DNA of 62,849 nucleotides from Candidatus Giovannonibacteria bacterium RIFCSPLOWO2_12_FULL_43_11c (GTDB lineage Bacteria; Patescibacteriota; Minisyncoccia; JACPKW01; UBA11713): NCBI GenBank assembly GCA_001780775.1, contig MFIO01000001.1, positions 1 to 62,849 of the forward strand, read 5' to 3'. Shown piece by piece: positions 62,045 to 62,849 of this stretch (position 1 is its first letter; each line of letters starts with the position of its first letter). The notes under the pieces were generated by a model. It saw only the letters and a program-made list of their open reading frames with translations, ran no database searches and was not told where the DNA came from. The position numbers and the translations under genes were made by a program.

Positions 62045-62081
62045 AAAGAGCGTGGCGGGAAATCTTGCCACGCTCTTTTTT
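62045..62081 (+). terminator. Rho-independent terminator
   Basis: A 12-bp stem AAAGAGCGTGGC / GCCACGCTCTTT with a 10-nt loop and a T-run. Confidence 0.8.
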
Positions 62082-62147
62082 GTAAGAGTTCTAGCGCCTA
62101 GCAGGGGTTAGTAATTTTTATTTTGAAAACAAAAGCGAATTTGTTTG

Positions 62148-62218
62148 TCCTCCCACTAGGAATCGGACCTAGGTACACCGCTTAAGAGGCGGGTGCTTTG
62201 CCACTAAGCTATGGGAGG
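62148..62218 (-). tRNA. tRNA-Lys (anticodon CTT)
   Basis: Hand fold: acceptor CCTCCCA/TGGGAGG, D stem GCTT/AAGC, anticodon loop CTCTTAA, T arm CTAGG-TCCGATT-CCTAG. There is a 27:43 C-T mismatch and C at position 55. No encoded CCA. Confidence 0.7.
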
Positions 62219-62396
62219 ATATTTAATTTCTTAGCCTAAATTAACAGTTTAGGCAGCCCAGGTCAATTCTTAAACTGTTGTATTAGTTCAACAATGGTGC
62301 TATAACGCCAATAAGCCTTGATTTTTTAAAAATTTATGAGAAGGGGATTTGTTCAAATTTGTTTCAGCGAGGCGCAAAACCAAAAAGGAGAAGCGT

Positions 62397-62774
62397 ATGA
62401 ATGACAAAAAGGATAGCAATATGACAGATGAGCAAAGGCTGTATTACGCGTGCGAAACAGTGCGAGCCGCAATGGTTGTTGGCGCATCGACGCACGCCCT
62501 GGTTCACGCATTAGATCGCGGGGGATCAGCAGAAATTCCCGAGGTCGCTGGTCATGATTCCGAAATCTCTGGCTTGATTTCCCGTCGCGAGTGGGCAAAG
62601 CTTTTCTCGAATGAAGCTTGGCTCACTCTTCTAGAGGGAGCACAAAATCTTGGGTCAATGCAAAATTGCGTATTGTTTGAGGAGTTGGAAACGATTGCGG
62701 AGCGTTATCCCATAGAAACGAAAGGACATCTCGACGTCGAATTTATCAGCGTCATGCTAGGACGAAGAGAATAA
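62397..62774 (+). CDS. Hypothetical protein
   Basis: 125 aa from the ATG at 62397, with Shine-Dalgarno AAGGAG 6 nt upstream. No family recognised. Confidence 0.5.
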   Translation: MNDKKDSNMTDEQRLYYACETVRAAMVVGASTHALVHALDRGGSAEIPEVAGHDSEISGLISRREWAKLFSNEAWLTLLEGAQNLGSMQNCVLFEELETIAERYPIETKGHLDVEFISVMLGRRE

Positions 62775-62849
62775 ATTTGTCATCTCTTTCTAATCCCATC
62801 GGCTCGTTCAGGTTGATTCTTGGGCGGGCCTTTTTTTTTTTTTTTTTCC

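Noticed and set aside
62833-62849. A 17-nt poly-T run at the very end of the window
   Set aside because: It is most likely a homopolymer at a contig or window edge, or the T-tract of a weak terminator. Nothing further can be inferred from it.

Overview
This 62.8-kb segment is core chromosome from a small-genome bacterium. Hand-counted 100-nt samples of housekeeping genes give roughly 36-47% GC. The gene content points to a Patescibacteria/CPR (Parcubacteria-like) organism: TrbC/VirB2-type 'T4SS pilins', a PrgI/VirB4/VirB6 module, a DUF5671 protein, many small membrane proteins, tRNA genes without encoded CCA, and the standard genetic code. The window spans the replication-origin neighbourhood, jag-yidC-yidD-rnpA-rpmH | dnaA-dnaN, with a 30-bp perfect AT palindrome in the dnaA-dnaN spacer. 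Housekeeping genes present are cca, a xer-type recombinase, rpsO, pnp, comM/yifB, a UvrD/PcrA helicase, rsmA, a class A PBP, tyrS, ruvC, yebC, ruvB, pilB/gspE, tsaE, polA, holA, rpsT, uvrB, ruvA, a Mur ligase, a TrmH methyltransferase and a Clp/Hsp100-like ATPase. There are four tRNAs: Arg-TCG, Arg-CCG, Pro-GGG and Lys-CTT. Two things stand out. (1) A family of about 36-39-bp stop-free palindromic elements (GAAGTYCGACTTC-N10/11-GAAGTCGRACTTC) is inserted in frame into at least six conserved genes (xer, uvrD, rsmA, tsaE twice, uvrB, with a variant in cca) and once between genes. This resembles the Rickettsia palindromic elements. Other short repeat types sit alongside it. (2) A 13-kb minimal type IV secretion-like locus (16.4-29.7 kb) encodes pilin paralogues, a Cys-rich LAS-peptidase-like protein, a weakly VirB5-like Ig-domain protein, VirB6-like and PrgI-like proteins, a VirB4 ATPase and several unknowns. 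No coupling protein, relaxase or integrase is visible in the window. Also notable are a GC-rich three-gene membrane operon with its own canonical promoter and terminator, a membrane-anchored Clp-like ATPase with a degenerate first ATPase domain, and a structured GC-rich spacer next to pilB. All calls come from reading the sequence and the ORF translations; no database search was run.
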